From an uncultured Solirubrobacterales bacterium (GTDB taxonomy: Bacteria; Actinomycetota; Thermoleophilia; Solirubrobacterales; 70-9): a DNA stretch of 64,000 bases. A model generated the notes under the pieces. The model was not told where the DNA came from and ran no database searches. It saw nothing but the letters and a program-made list of their open reading frames with translations. Both the position numbers and the translations under genes were made by a program. Below, in pieces: positions 8,613 through 20,128 of the stretch. The DNA lies in the NCBI GenBank assembly GCA_963764795.1, contig CAVXTV010000002.1, positions 143,392-207,391 on the forward strand. The letters run 5' to 3'. The first letter of the stretch is position 1. Each line of letters begins with the position of its first letter.

Positions 8613-10071
8613 CTAGAACGCTGGATCGCCCTCCGCCACCTGCTCTTCGACCTTGCCCGACTGCATCGTCGCCACGGCGACGACGAAGGCGAGCGCCATC
8701 ACGCCGGCCATCGCGTAGAAGACCGTCTGCGTGGCGAGCGCGAAGTCGTGGGGGATGTTGTCGACCACCTTGGCGAGCGCACCGCTGACGTGCGCGGGCG
8801 CTTGCAGCCGGCGCCGCTGCCTTGGCTGATCGCGTCGGCGATTTCGTCGGCGGCCGCCTTCGGCAGGCCGTGGGTGCTCGCCGTCGACTCGAGGTTCGAC
8901 TTGTTCTGCAGGATCAGGACCGTGCCGAGCACCGCCAGGCCGAGGCTCGAGCCGAAGTTACGCACAGTCTGTGTGATCCCGGTCGCTTCGCCGTAGCGGT
9001 TGGCGGGCACGCGGTTGAGTGCGTCGGTGTTGGCCGGGCTGAGCACCAGGCCGACCCCGGCTCCGGCGAGGACGATGTAGTACCACTGCGAGCTGACCGA
9101 GAGGTCGGGCAGCGAGTGCGCCCAGAGGCCGAAGCCGACGGTGGCCACCGCGCAGCCCAGCACCACCGGCGCGCCGGGCTCCCGCTTTGTCGAGCATCCG
9201 CCCGCCCCACTGCGAGGCCGTGGCGAAGCCGGCGAAGAAGATCAGCAGGTAGAGGCCGGTTTCCGAGGCGCTTTCGCCGAGCGAGATCTGCGCGTACATG
9301 CTGGCGAAGAAGAAGAGCGGGATGAAGGGGATCATCAGCAGGAAGAGGATCGCGTTGTCCGACCGCGAAGGCGCGGTCGTCGAAGATCCGCACCTGGATC
9401 AGCGGGTTCTCGATTCGCAGCTCGTAGAGGACGAAGGCGGCGAGGACCGCGACGCCGGCGGCGATGCAGATCCAGGTGATTGGGTTGCCCCAGCCCCAGA
9501 CGCTCGACTGCTGCAGGCCGAGCACGGCGAGGCCCATGCCGCCGGATACGAGCGCCGCGCCGCGGTAGTCGAGCGGCGCAGGGTGCTTGGTGTTCTCCGG
9601 CTTGGCGATCGCGGTGAGGACGAGGGCGATGATCGCCACCGGGATGTTGACCCAGAAGATCGTCCGCCAGCTGATTTCGACCAGGTAGCCGCCGGCGAGC
9701 GGGCCGATCGAGGTCAGGCCGCCGGTGATCGCGAAGAAGATCGCCAGGGCGCGGCCGCGCTCGTGCACCGGGAAGGCGCCGAGGACGATCGCCAGCGCCG
9801 CCGGGAACATGATCGCCGCGCCGGCGCCCTGGATCATGCGGAAGGTGATGATCCAGGCCTCGTCGAGACTGCCGGTCGGGGTGGCGCCGCAGAGTGCCGA
9901 GGCGGTGGCGAAGACGATCACGCCGAGCACGACCATGCTGCGGTGGCCGGCGATGTCGGCGATGCGGCCGCCGAACGCGAAGAGCGCCGAAAGCGAGAGC
10001 AGGTAGCCGTTGACGATCCACTGCACCCCGGTCGAGGAGAGCGAGAGATCGTTCTGCAGGCCGCTCTCCAT
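8613..10071 (-). pseudogene. DHA2 (EmrB/QacA-type) MFS transporter, 5'-truncated and frameshifted
   Basis: Starts at LQNDLSLSSTGVQWIVNGYLLS (loop 1-2/TM2). No TM1 is found in any frame upstream. Pieces lie in ORFs 8914..10215, 8958..9335 and 8699..9166. The C-terminus ...VFYAMAGVMALAFVVAVATMQ ends at TAG 8613. Confidence 0.65.
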
Positions 10072-10352
10072 GCTCGTCCGCTTTGCCAAGAGGCCGCCAA
10101 ATCCTCCCCGTTCGATAGTCTCCCGGCGCTGATGCCGGACGTATTTCTGGATCGGAGTGGTTCTCGCTGGCGCGATCTTCCTGATCAGCGTGATCTCGTC
10201 GATGCGCTCGCGCACGACCAGCGTCGCCGCCGGCGCCGCGATGGGCGTCTACCTCGGCGTCATGCTGGCCTTCCCGCTGCTTGCCATCGGGCTCGCCTCC
10301 AGCTAGCTCAGCACCCCGCGTAGGCTCGGTCTCAGCGGGTAGTTGAGCGGCT

Positions 10353-11180
10353 ATGACGATCCCCCGCCTCACCCTCCACGACGGCGTCGAGATTCCCCAG
10401 CTGGGGTTTGGCGTCTTCCAGGTCCCGCCCGATGACACCCAGGAGGTCGTCGAGCAGGCGCTCGACCTCGGCTACCGCCACATCGACACCGCCGGCGCCT
10501 ACCGCAACGAGAAGGGCGTCGGTGCGGCGATCGCCGCCTCGGGACTCGCCCGCGAGGACCTCTTCGTCACGACCAAGCTGTGGAACTCCGAGCAGGGCTT
10601 CGACTCGACCCTGGCTGCCTTCGAGGCGAGCCTCGGCCGGCTCGGCTTCGAGTACGTCGACCTCTACCTGATCCACTGGCCGGTGCCGACCGAGGACCGC
10701 TTCGTCGATACCTGGCGCGCCTTCGAACGCATCCACGGGGAAGGCCGGGCGCGCACGATCGGGGTCTCCAACTTCCGCGTCGAGGACCTCGAGCGGCTGG
10801 AGGCGGAGACCGACGCCCGGCCGACCGTGAACCAGATCGAGCTCCACCCGCGCCTTCAGCAGGCCGAGCTGCGTGCCTGGCACGCCGATCACGGGGTCGT
10901 CACCGAGGCCTGGAGCCCGCTCGCCCAGGGCGAGCTGCTCGACGACGAGACGATCGTCGCGATCGCCGAGCGCCACGGCAAGACCCCCGCCCAGGCGGTC
11001 CTGCGCTGGCACCTGCAGCTGGGCAACGTGGTCTTCCCCAAGTCGGTGACGCCAGCGCGGATCCGCGAGAACATCGAGCTCTTCGATTTCGAGTTGAGCG
11101 ACGCCGAGATGGCCGAATTCGAGAGACTCGACCGCGGTGAGCGCATCGGCCCAGACCCGGGGACTTTCGTCTCGCCGTAG
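10353..11180 (+). CDS. aldo/keto reductase (2,5-diketo-D-gluconate reductase-like)
   Basis: 275 aa intact: GFGVFQVPPDDT...GYRHIDTAGAYRNE...LYLIHWP...IPKSVTPARIRENI. Confidence 0.9.
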   Translation: MTIPRLTLHDGVEIPQLGFGVFQVPPDDTQEVVEQALDLGYRHIDTAGAYRNEKGVGAAIAASGLAREDLFVTTKLWNSEQGFDSTLAAFEASLGRLGFEYVDLYLIHWPVPTEDRFVDTWRAFERIHGEGRARTIGVSNFRVEDLERLEAETDARPTVNQIELHPRLQQAELRAWHADHGVVTEAWSPLAQGELLDDETIVAIAERHGKTPAQAVLRWHLQLGNVVFPKSVTPARIRENIELFDFELSDAEMAEFERLDRGERIGPDPGTFVSP

Positions 11181-11802
11181 TGCGCTGGTCAACGCTGTTG
11201 CCGCGACCGCGTTCCTGATCGGCGGCTCGCTCTTCGCCCTCGGTGCGGCCCTGGCGCAGGCAGGCGTCACCCCGACCGCCTGCGCCTCGATCTACCTGGT
11301 CGGTGGCGTCTTCTTCAGCACCGGTGGCTACACCTCGGTCGTCCAGGTTCGCGGTGAGCCGCGCCTGCAACGGGCGAGCGCGGTGGTCCTCTTCGCCGGC
11401 ACGATCGTCTTCGCGATCAACCTGATCGACTCGTTCATCCAGGAACTCACCCCGGCCGCCTTCGATCGCCTCGTCTGGTCACCGGACATGGTCGGCTGCG
11501 CGCTCTTCCTCATCTCCGGCCACCTGGCGATGGCCGGGATCGCGGGTCGCTTCTGGCGCGTCTGGCACCGCCGCGACCTCGGCTGGTGGATCATCGCCGT
11601 CAACCAGCTCGGCTCGGTCCTCTTCATGGTCTCCGCCGTCGCCACCTTCGTGCGCCCCTCCTCGGGCGACATGCTGGCCACCGGCATCGCCAACTGGGGC
11701 ACCCTGCTTGGCGCTCTCTGCTTCGCGATCGCCGGCCTGATGCAGGAGTTCGAGCATCCGCTCGGCCCGCGCCGGCGCCGCGATCAGCCCTCAGCGGCCT
11801 GA
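11137..11802 (+). CDS. hypothetical membrane protein
   Basis: 221 aa with 6 predicted helices. The start is uncertain, because the only in-frame start overlaps the AKR gene by 44 nt. Confidence 0.5.
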   Translation: MSASAQTRGLSSRRSALVNAVAATAFLIGGSLFALGAALAQAGVTPTACASIYLVGGVFFSTGGYTSVVQVRGEPRLQRASAVVLFAGTIVFAINLIDSFIQELTPAAFDRLVWSPDMVGCALFLISGHLAMAGIAGRFWRVWHRRDLGWWIIAVNQLGSVLFMVSAVATFVRPSSGDMLATGIANWGTLLGALCFAIAGLMQEFEHPLGPRRRRDQPSAA

Positions 11803-12986
11803 GGGCGGCGCAGGCGGTGGCGGCCCTCGCCGTAGAGGCGGGTCTCGTAGGCGATCAAGACCCAGATCAGCACGTTGACGAAGGCCAGCGCCACCAGGGC
11901 CGGGACCTGGGTCGCCACCGGGACCAGGATCAGCAGGACGATCGCCAGCAGCAGGCGGCGGCGATTGACGGTGTGGACATGGCGGTAGCGAAAGCCGACG
12001 TGGCCCAGCAGGTAGACGGCGAGGCCGCCGAGCAGGGCAAAGGCGGGAACCGTGTGGAGGTGGGCGCCGGTGTGGCCGATCGTCAGCTTCAGGCCGAGGG
12101 CGACGAGGACGATGCCGGCGACCATCACCAGGTGGAGGTAGGAGTAGGAATCGCGGGCCATCTCGTTCTGCACCCGGCCGACCTCCGCCTCGGCCAGGCG
12201 TTTGCCGGAGACGATCGCGACGACGTCGAAGTAGATCCACCACATCGCTGCGGTCAGCGCCACGCCGAGCACGGCGGCGGTGCCGATCGCCAGCGTCAGC
12301 TCGTGTGAGGCGCCGACGCCGATCGCGACGATCGACTCGCCGAGGGCGATGATCACGATCAGGCCGTGGCGCTCGGCGAAGTGCGCCGGCATCAGTTTCC
12401 AGCCTTCCGAGCCGAAGAAGTACGGCCCGGCCATGTCGAGGAAGAGGGCTAGGGCCCAGAGGGCGCCCTGGGCGAGGCCGTCGAAGAGCGAGGCCAGGGC
12501 AAGCAGCGTGACCGCGACCAGGGTGCTGGCGGCAAGGCCCAGGACCGAGTGGCGCAGCGCGTCGTCCTCGGGGCTGGCGAGCATGAAGAGAGCGATCTGC
12601 GCGCTGCGCACCACGCCGTAGATCAGGGCGAAGGCGAGGCCCAGCTCGCCAAACGCCTCCGGCACGCAGAGCGAGACCAGCAGCAGCGCCGCCATCGCCC
12701 CGAACATCACCAGGCGCACCGCGCCCTCCTCGGGGTCGATCACGCTGGTCAGCCAGGAGTAGCCGGTCCAGGCCCACCAGAGCATGCCGAGCACGAGCAG
12801 TCCCTGGGCGATGCCGGACCAAGTCGGGTGGTGGGACATCAATGCCGTGCACTGGGTTATCGCCAGGACGAAGACGAGGTCGAAGAAGAGCTCGAGCGGC
12901 GTTACTCGCTCGCCTTCGCGCAGCGTCGTGCCGAGCCGGGACCCTCCTGTTTCGTCACTGGCGGCCATTCCCCGCCATCTTCTCAA
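11784..12986 (-). CDS. low temperature requirement protein A (LtrA) family membrane protein
   Basis: 400 aa: VTPLELFFDLVFVLAITQ signature, about 10 TM helices. TTG start overlaps the upstream MFS stop (TTGA); an alternative ATG lies at 12968. Confidence 0.8.
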   Translation of the reverse strand: MRRWRGMAASDETGGSRLGTTLREGERVTPLELFFDLVFVLAITQCTALMSHHPTWSGIAQGLLVLGMLWWAWTGYSWLTSVIDPEEGAVRLVMFGAMAALLLVSLCVPEAFGELGLAFALIYGVVRSAQIALFMLASPEDDALRHSVLGLAASTLVAVTLLALASLFDGLAQGALWALALFLDMAGPYFFGSEGWKLMPAHFAERHGLIVIIALGESIVAIGVGASHELTLAIGTAAVLGVALTAAMWWIYFDVVAIVSGKRLAEAEVGRVQNEMARDSYSYLHLVMVAGIVLVALGLKLTIGHTGAHLHTVPAFALLGGLAVYLLGHVGFRYRHVHTVNRRRLLLAIVLLILVPVATQVPALVALAFVNVLIWVLIAYETRLYGEGRHRLRRPQAAEG

Positions 12987-14571
12987 GCAGCCGCGGCCGG
13001 CTCAGTGTCTTCGGCGTTGTACTGGGCAAGCAGGCGCTGCTCCTCGTCCCGTTTCGGGAAGACGAAGAAGACGAGGGCGGCGCCGAGCAGGATCGCGACG
13101 ATGCCGGCGCTGTAGGCCCAGGCGTCGCCCTGCAGGAAGGACGACCTTGGCCGCGGCGATGATCTGTTCGCTGTGGCGCGGGTACTGGCCGGCGAGGTCG
13201 GCGGCGCTGGAGAAGGACTTGGTCAGCTCGCCTTCGACGTTTTCGGTGACCTTGGCCGATTCGCCCGAGGAGGCGATCGCGGCGCTGGCGGCGGCGGCGT
13301 AGCCGGCGGTCAGCAGGGCGCCGAAGATCGACTGCATGATCGCGCCGCCGAGGTCGCGCTGCAGGTCGGCCGTGCCGGAGGCCATGCCGGCGCGCTTGAC
13401 CGGCACCGAGCCGGTCAGCGAGTGCGAGGCGGGGGTGCCGGCGAAGCCGACGCCGATGCCGATGAAGGCGTAGCCGAGGCCGACCTTCCAGTATTCGATG
13501 TCGTCTTTCCAGAGCAGCAGCATGGTGAGGAAGCCGAGCACGCAGAAGACGTAGCCGATCAGCAGGGTGAAGCGGGCGCCGCGCGCCTCGACCAGCTTCG
13601 CCGAGCGCGGGGCGACGATCACCATCAGGATCGCCGCCGGCAGGATCGCCAGGCCGGAGTCGAGGGTCGAGTAGTCGAGCACGTTCTGGAGGAACTGCTG
13701 GCCGATGAACATCGCCCCCATCAGCGAGCCGAAGACGATGATCCCGGCGCAGGCGGCGACCCAGAAGATCCGCCGCTTCGCCACCTCGAGGTCGTAGAGC
13801 GGCGAGCGGGCCCGGCGCTGGCGCAGGACGAAGGCGCCTGTCGCGGCCAGGGCGACGATCCCGAGCCCGATCGCCAGGGCGCCCTTGCCGGGGACCGGGG
13901 CCAGGTTGATCCCGAGGACGAGCGCGGCCGACCAGCAGGATCGAGAGGATGCCGCCGAGGTTGTCGACCGGCTCGGTCGTCTCGTTGACGTGGGCGGGGA
14001 CGTAGCGCCAGGCGAGGATAGAGCGCCAGCGCTGCGAGCGGCAGGGTGACGAGGAAGACCGAGCCCCAGTCGAACTGCTCGAGCAGGGCGCCGGAGAGCA
14101 GCGGGCCGAGCGAGGCGATCGCGCCGCCGATCGCCGACCAGAGCGCGATCGAGCGGGTGCGCGTCGTTGCCCGACCACAAGCGCAGTGATCAGGGCCAGG
14201 GTGGTCGGGAAGGCCATGCCGGCGGCGACTCCGCCGAGCAGGCGGGCGACGAAGAGGACCCCGATCGAGGGGGCGAAGCCGGCCAGCAGCGAGGCCGGGA
14301 TCGACAGTCCCATGCCGAGCAGCAGCATCATCTTGCGCCCGTAGCGATCGCCGAGCGCGCCAAGGTAGAGCACCGAGGTCGCCAGCCCGAGCGAGTAGCC
14401 GACCGCGACCAGGTTGAGCGTCGTCTGGCCGGCGTCGAAGGCCTTGCCGATGTCGGGCAGGGCGACGTTGGCGACGGCGAGGTTGAGGTTGGCGACTGCG
14501 GCGACCAGGATCAGCGCGCTGAGGACGAGGCCTGCGCGCTTGGGGCTGCTCGGTTCCATCGCGGTGCCCAA
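12983..14571 (-). CDS. DHA2 MFS drug-efflux transporter, needs frame changes
   Basis: N-terminus LNLAVANVALPDIGKAFDAG...LGDRYGRKMMLL in ORF 12955..14571. The body lies in ORF 13002..14180. The tail FVFPKRDEEQRLLAQYNAEDTEPAAAA ends at TGA 12983. Confidence 0.75.
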
Positions 14572-14622
14572 CCTATCCGAGCATGACGGCGGTCACGCGC
14601 CAGGCCCTCAGCGCCTGAGAGG

Positions 14623-15636
14623 ATGAGCCGGATGGCTGAGGAGCGCAAACGCCCCGAGGCGCCGCGCAGCGAGAAGGTCCTGCCGGGCATCTGGCGACTG
14701 CGCCTCGCCCTGCCCTGGCCCGGCGTGCCGCACGGCAACGTCTGGGCGATCGAGGCCGACGGCGGCATCGTCCTCTTCGATACCGGCATCGGCGGCAAGG
14801 GCCGCATGCGCCAGTTCGACCTCGCCCTCGCCGGGGCCGGCTTCGGCCTCGAGGACGTGAAGCTGCTCGTCTGCACCCACTCCCACACCGACCACTACGG
14901 GCTGGCGGCGCCGATCGTCGAGGGCGCCGGCTGCGAGCTCTGGATGCACCCCGCCTGGGAGCACGTGCGCCTGCTCGCCGACGACCCGGCGGCGGCGCTC
15001 GAGCAGCGGCTCGAGGTGGCGCGGCAGAGCGGCGTCCCGGTTGCCGGGCTCGAACGCTACCGGGACGCGCAGCGACAACAGTGACAACGGCATCGACGCG
15101 ATCGTCGAGCCCGACCTTGACCTCCTCCCCGGGGTCGAGGTGGAGACCGACCTCGGCACCTGGCAGGTCTACGAGACGCCCGGCCACGCGCCCTCGCACG
15201 TCGTCCTGCACCAGCCTGAGCGCAAATTGATGATCTCCGGCGATCACCTGCTCGGCCGCACGGTGCTCTTCTTCGACCACGGCCACAGCCCCGACCCGAT
15301 CGGCGAGTTCCTCGGCAGCCTCGAGCGGGTCGAGCCGCTCGAGGTCGACCTCTGCCTGCCCGGCCACGGCCGGCCCTTCCGCGATCCCGAAAGCCAAGAT
15401 CGCCGAGGCGCGGCGGCAGGTCGCCGAGCTGCTGGAGAAGACCCGCGATGCGCTCGGCGAGGGGGAGAGGACCGCCTTTGAGATCGTCGCCGAGATCGTC
15501 GGCGCCGAGAACGTCAACACCCCGGTCAGCGCCTGGGTCCTGCAGATCGTCCTCTCCTGCCTCGACCACATGGTGATCGAGGGCGAAGTGTCCAAGGTCG
15601 ACGGGACTGACCCCCAACGATGGAAGCTGGGCTGAG
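14623..15636 (+). CDS. MBL-fold metallo-hydrolase, two frame changes
   Basis: THSHTDHYG motif in ORF 14623..15084 and ETPGHAPSHV in ORF 15041..15481. The C-terminus ...VLSCLDHMVIEGEVSKV is in a third frame and ends at 15636. Confidence 0.7.
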
Positions 15637-15669
15637 GGCCACCCGGCCCTCCCGATAGCCTTCGCCGCC

Positions 15670-16113
15670 GTGGCCAGCTTCACTTTCACCCGTCAGATTG
15701 CCGCGCCACCGGAGACGGTGTTCGCGGTGCTCACCGATCACCGGAAATACGCCGAGCTGACTCCGTTGCGCAAGTCGGAGCTGGAGCGCGAGGGCGAGCC
15801 CGCGCCGAACGGGCTTGGCGCGATTCGCAAGCTGACCGCGGTCGGCCCGCCGCTGCGCGAGGAAGTGATCGCCTACCAGCCGGATGAGCGCTTCTCCTAC
15901 AAGCTGCTCTCCGGCCTGCCGGTTCGCGACCACGTCGGCACGGTGAAGCTGACCGCGGCCGGCAGCGGCACCGAGATGGTCTACGCGGTGCGCACCCAGC
16001 CGACCGTGCCCGTGGTCGGGCCGGTCATCGTCGCCGTGGTCAAGCAGGCGGTCAAGGGACTTGTCGACGGCATCGTCAAGGAGTCCGAGCGACGCGCCGC
16101 GGCGGGGGGTTGA
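15670..16113 (+). CDS. SRPBCC (polyketide cyclase/dehydrase-like) family protein
   Basis: 147 aa: FTFTRQIAAPPETVFAVLTDHRKY..., typical START/SRPBCC N-terminus. Confidence 0.6.
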   Translation: MASFTFTRQIAAPPETVFAVLTDHRKYAELTPLRKSELEREGEPAPNGLGAIRKLTAVGPPLREEVIAYQPDERFSYKLLSGLPVRDHVGTVKLTAAGSGTEMVYAVRTQPTVPVVGPVIVAVVKQAVKGLVDGIVKESERRAAAGG

Positions 16114-17541
16114 GCGGCGCCGCCAAAACACTCCTCGCCGGTCTGTGGGCGCAGGCGGAGCACCTCTGGAAGCAGCACCGGCGTCTCGCGATTGGACTGA
16201 TCGCCGCCGCCGTGATCGCCGTCTTCGGCGCCGGCGTGCTCGCCTACGAGCTGCTCAAGCGGCCCGCCGACGTGCACAACGAAAACGCCACCTTCGTGCC
16301 GCAGAAGCCGCCGAAGCCGGAGGCGAAGACGGTCAACTGGCCGATGTACGGGCTCAACCCGGCGCGCACCCGCTACCTGCCGGCGACCGGGATCAAGCCC
16401 CCCTTCCGCAAGCTCTGGCGCTTCACCGAGAAGCCGCTGCTCGAGTTCCCGCCGATCTACGTCGGCGGCAAGCTCTACTGCGTCAACAACAACGGCACCG
16501 CCTACGCGCTCGACGCCGACAGCGGCAAGGTGCTCTGGGAACGCAGCATCGGCCGCCTCAACGCCTCCTCGCCGACCTACTCCAAGCACCGCCTCTACAT
16601 CGTCAACCTCGTCCCCGGCCACATCGTCAAGCTCGACGCCAAGACCGGCAAGATCATCTGGAAGCACTCGCTGCCGGGCCGGGCCGAGTCCTCGCCGGTG
16701 GTGATCGGCCGCACCGTCTACTTCGGCTGCGAGGACGGCAACCTCTACGCGCTCAGCACGATCAGCGGCAACGTGCGCTGGGCGACCGCGCTCGGCGGCC
16801 CGGTCAAGTCCGCTCCCGCTTACTACGGCGGCACCCTCTATGTCGGCGACTACGGCGGCTACATGAACGCGGTCGACGCCAAGACCGGCAAGCTCGAGTG
16901 GCAGACCGGCTCGCTGGGCCAGGGCTTCGGCACCTCCGGCCAGTTCTACTCGACCCCGGCCGTCGCCTTCGGCCGCGTCTACGCCGGCAACAACGACGAT
17001 CGCGTCTACAGCTTCGATCTCAAGGACGGGACCCTGGCCTGGAGCTACTCGACCGGCGGCTACGCCTACTCAGGACCGACCGTCTCGACCACCGCGCCAC
17101 AGCCCGCCGACCGTCTACATCGGCTCCTTCGACGGCAACGTCTACGCGATCGACGCCAAGGACGGCAGCGTGCGCTGGAGCCGCTCGGCCGGCGGCCAGG
17201 TGGTCGGTTCGCTCTCCTCGATCGGCGACATCGTCTACGTCGCCGAGTTCACCAACAACACGACCAGCGGCTTCATGATGAAGAGCGGCCGCAAGGTCTT
17301 CAGCTACCCCCGCGGCACCTACTCGCCGGTGGTCTCCGACGGCCACCGCATCTACCTGACCGGCTACTCGAGCATCACCGCGCTGCAGCCCTACAAGTAC
17401 AAAGGAGCGGTCGGGCCGGCGATCGTCGCCCCCCAGGGCAAGCCCGCGCCTAAGGCGCAAGGCCGCCCGGCGGGGGCGGAGGCGCAACCGGCGGGTTCGG
17501 CGCAAAAGCAGGGAAGACGGGGTGGTGCAGGGCGTCGCTGA
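16110..17541 (+). CDS. membrane-anchored PQQ-like beta-propeller repeat protein, frame change near 17100
   Basis: N-terminal TM helix, then repeated G.lYa.da.tGk..W blocks (LYCVNNNGTAYALDADSGKVLW, LYALSTISGNVRW, MNAVDAKTGKLEW, VYSFDLKDGTLAW, VYAIDAKDGSVRW). The last blades lie in ORF 17170..17541. Confidence 0.7.
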
Positions 17542-18517
17542 GGGCGGTCAGGCTGGACGGGTAGTTCTGGATCCGGTAGGAGCTGGTCGAGCCGAAGTCC
17601 TGGTAGTAGATGAGCATCTTGCAGCGCTTGTGGCCGCGGACCCAGCCCAGCAGGCGATCCATGTAGGCGGGGTCGTCGGCACCGGTTGAGATGCCGAACT
17701 CGGGGATCGCGAAGGGCTTGCTGGCGAAGCGGTTGTAGAGGCCGGTCAGCGCTTTCCAGTCCTGGGCGTCGGAGTAGAAGTCGGTGCCGACCCAGTCGAC
17801 GTATTTGTCGCCAGGGTAGAAGTATTTGGGCCGGTTCTGGGGGACGGTCGGCGAGCCGGCGGGCAGGGTGCTCCAGAGCACCGCGACGGGTGCGCGCGGC
17901 AGGCCACCACCGCCGGCGCGCAGCGGCGGCAGGCCAGTTTCGCCGAGGCGGGCGTTGATCTTGGCGCGGCTGCCGCCACCGTGGACGAGGATGTAGATGC
18001 GGCGGAAGGCGAGGCGGTACCAGCGCGGCTTGTGGGCGGAGTCGCGCAGGTTGCCGGCGCAGTCGTAGGCCGAGTAGACGTTGAGGCAGCGGTTCGGCTC
18101 GCCCAGGGGGCGGATGTAGGCTGCCATTTTCTTCTCCCAGAAGAGCCGGTTGAGCCGGACCAGGTATTCGTCGCCGTAGCCCTGGGCGATCGAGCGCGGG
18201 CTGATCAACTCGTGCCCGTCGCCCGAATCGGCGGTGGTCAGGTGCAGGACCGGCCGCGCCCGCGCCGCCTGCCAGCGTTCGATCGAGTCGGGGAATTCAG
18301 CGCCCCAGCTGCGGAAGCTCTCGATCAGCGCCGGGTGCTTGTGCAGGTCGGCGGAGAAATGGCCGAAGTCGGCTGGGTCGCCGGTGTCGCTGACGCCGAA
18401 GAAGATCTTCTTGCCTTTGGGCAGCAGCGTGCCCGCCGGCGCCGCGGCGGGCAGGACGGCGCAGAGCGTGGCGACGAGCGCCAGCACGAGGACGCGTTTG
18501 GAGATGCGGCGATTCAT
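17450..18517 (-). CDS. secreted glycoside hydrolase, GH26-like
   Basis: ATG 18517 with signal peptide MNRRISKRVLVLALVATLCAVLPAAAPA. YFYPGDKYVDWVGTDFY and AIPEFG motifs resemble GH26 mannanases. Confidence 0.6.
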   Translation of the reverse strand: MNRRISKRVLVLALVATLCAVLPAAAPAGTLLPKGKKIFFGVSDTGDPADFGHFSADLHKHPALIESFRSWGAEFPDSIERWQAARARPVLHLTTADSGDGHELISPRSIAQGYGDEYLVRLNRLFWEKKMAAYIRPLGEPNRCLNVYSAYDCAGNLRDSAHKPRWYRLAFRRIYILVHGGGSRAKINARLGETGLPPLRAGGGGLPRAPVAVLWSTLPAGSPTVPQNRPKYFYPGDKYVDWVGTDFYSDAQDWKALTGLYNRFASKPFAIPEFGISTGADDPAYMDRLLGWVRGHKRCKMLIYYQDFGSTSSYRIQNYPSSLTALSDALHHPVFPAFAPNPPVAPPPPPGGLAP

Positions 18518-18587
18518 CGAGGGGACTTCGATCCGGGTTGGCCGACCACCTTGCGACAACACCGCCGCCGGCGTCGGGTTGCCCCGG

Positions 18588-20109
18588 CTACTGGGCGACG
18601 AGTTGCAGCACTTCGTCGGCGTACTTGGCGACGAAGCTCGGTCCGACGCCGCTGATCTCGGCCAGGCTGGTCTCATCGGCGGGCCGGGTCGCGGCGATCG
18701 CCGCCAGCGTCTTGTTGTGGGCGACGGTGTAAGCGGGCTTGCCGGCGGCGGCCTTCAGCCGCCAGGCCTTGAGCTCCTCGAAGAGCGGCGCGTCGGCTTC
18801 GGCCAGCTCGGCCGGCGGCGCCTTCGGCTTGGCCGTGCGGCGGACCACGATCGTCTCGGGGTCGGGCAGCCAGCCGGCGCCGTCGCAGACGTCGCAGCAG
18901 CGGCCGAGCGGCTGGCCGGCTGTGCTGTCGCCGAAGTGGTCGAGGATGCTGCGGCGGCGGCAGCGGTCGCCGTAGATGAACGACTTGATCGTGCGGTAAT
19001 CGCGCCAGCCGCGCTCGCGGGCGATCGTCAGCTCGGGATCGCGCTGCTCGATGAAGCGCACGAGGCGGCCGAGGTCGGCCTTCATCGCCAGCAGCACGGC
19101 CTTCGCCGGCAGCCCGTCGCGGCCACCGCGCCCGGCCTCCTGGTAGTAGGCCTCGAGGCTGGTCGGGATCGCCATGTGCCAGACCGAGCGCACGTCGGCC
19201 TTGTCGACGCCCATGCCGAAGGCGTTGGTGGCGACGATCACTTCGACGTCGCCTTCCATGAAGCGGCGCTGGGTCGAGGTGCGGCTCTCGGACTCCATGC
19301 CGGCGTGGTAGCCGAGCGCCCGCAGGCCGGAGTCGCGCAGCGCTTGGGCGACCTCGTCGGTGTCGCGGCGGGTGCCGCAGTAGACAATTGCCGGCCGGTT
19401 GGCGGGGTCGGCGAGGCCGCCTTCGAGCAGGGCGAGCCGCCTCGCCTTCGAGCCTTTGCCCTCCAGGCGCACGACGTCGAAGGAGAGGTTGGGACGGTCG
19501 AATCCGGAGCGCACCTGCAGCGGCTGCTTGCAGCCCGAAGCGCGAGACGATCTCAGCCGCCACGGCCTTGGTCGCCGTCGCCGTGCAGGCCATCACCGGC
19601 GGCCGCCCGAGCCGCTCGGCGATCTCCGGCAGGCGCAGGTAGTCGGGGCGGAAGTCGTGGCCCCATTCGGAGACGCAGTGCGCCTCGTCGACTGCCAGCA
19701 GGTCGATCCGCCGTTGGGCCAGGGCGTCGAGGAAGATCGGCGAGGCGAAGCGCTCCGGCGAGCAGTAGACGATCCGCGCCGTGCCATCTCGTACCTGGCC
19801 GAGAGCGTTGCGGGCGCCCTCGGGGGTCATCGCCGAGGAGATCATCGCCACCGGGTGCCCGGCCGCCGTTAGCCGCCGCCACTGGTCCTGCATCAGCGCG
19901 ATCAGCGGGCTGACGACGATCGTCAGGTCCTCGCTGGCCAGCCCCGGCAGCTGGTAGCAGAGGCTCTTGCCGCCGCCGGTCGGCATCACGATCAGCGAGT
20001 CGCGGCCCTCGAGCCCCGCCTCGACCGCCTCCCGCTGCCCGGGCCGCCAGCTCTCGAAGCCAAGCGCTTCGAGCAGCTGGTCGGCCCTGTTGCCTGTGGC
20101 GACGGTCAT
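18588..20109 (-). CDS. recQ: ATP-dependent DNA helicase RecQ, one frame change near 19525
   Basis: PTGGGKSLCYQLP and DEAHCVSEWGHDFRPDY in ORF 18673..20109. ATNAFGMGVDKADVR, the Zn-finger CCDVC and an HRDC-like tail in ORF 18588..19514. Confidence 0.85.
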
Positions 20110-20128
20110 CTAGACCAGGCTATGGGTC

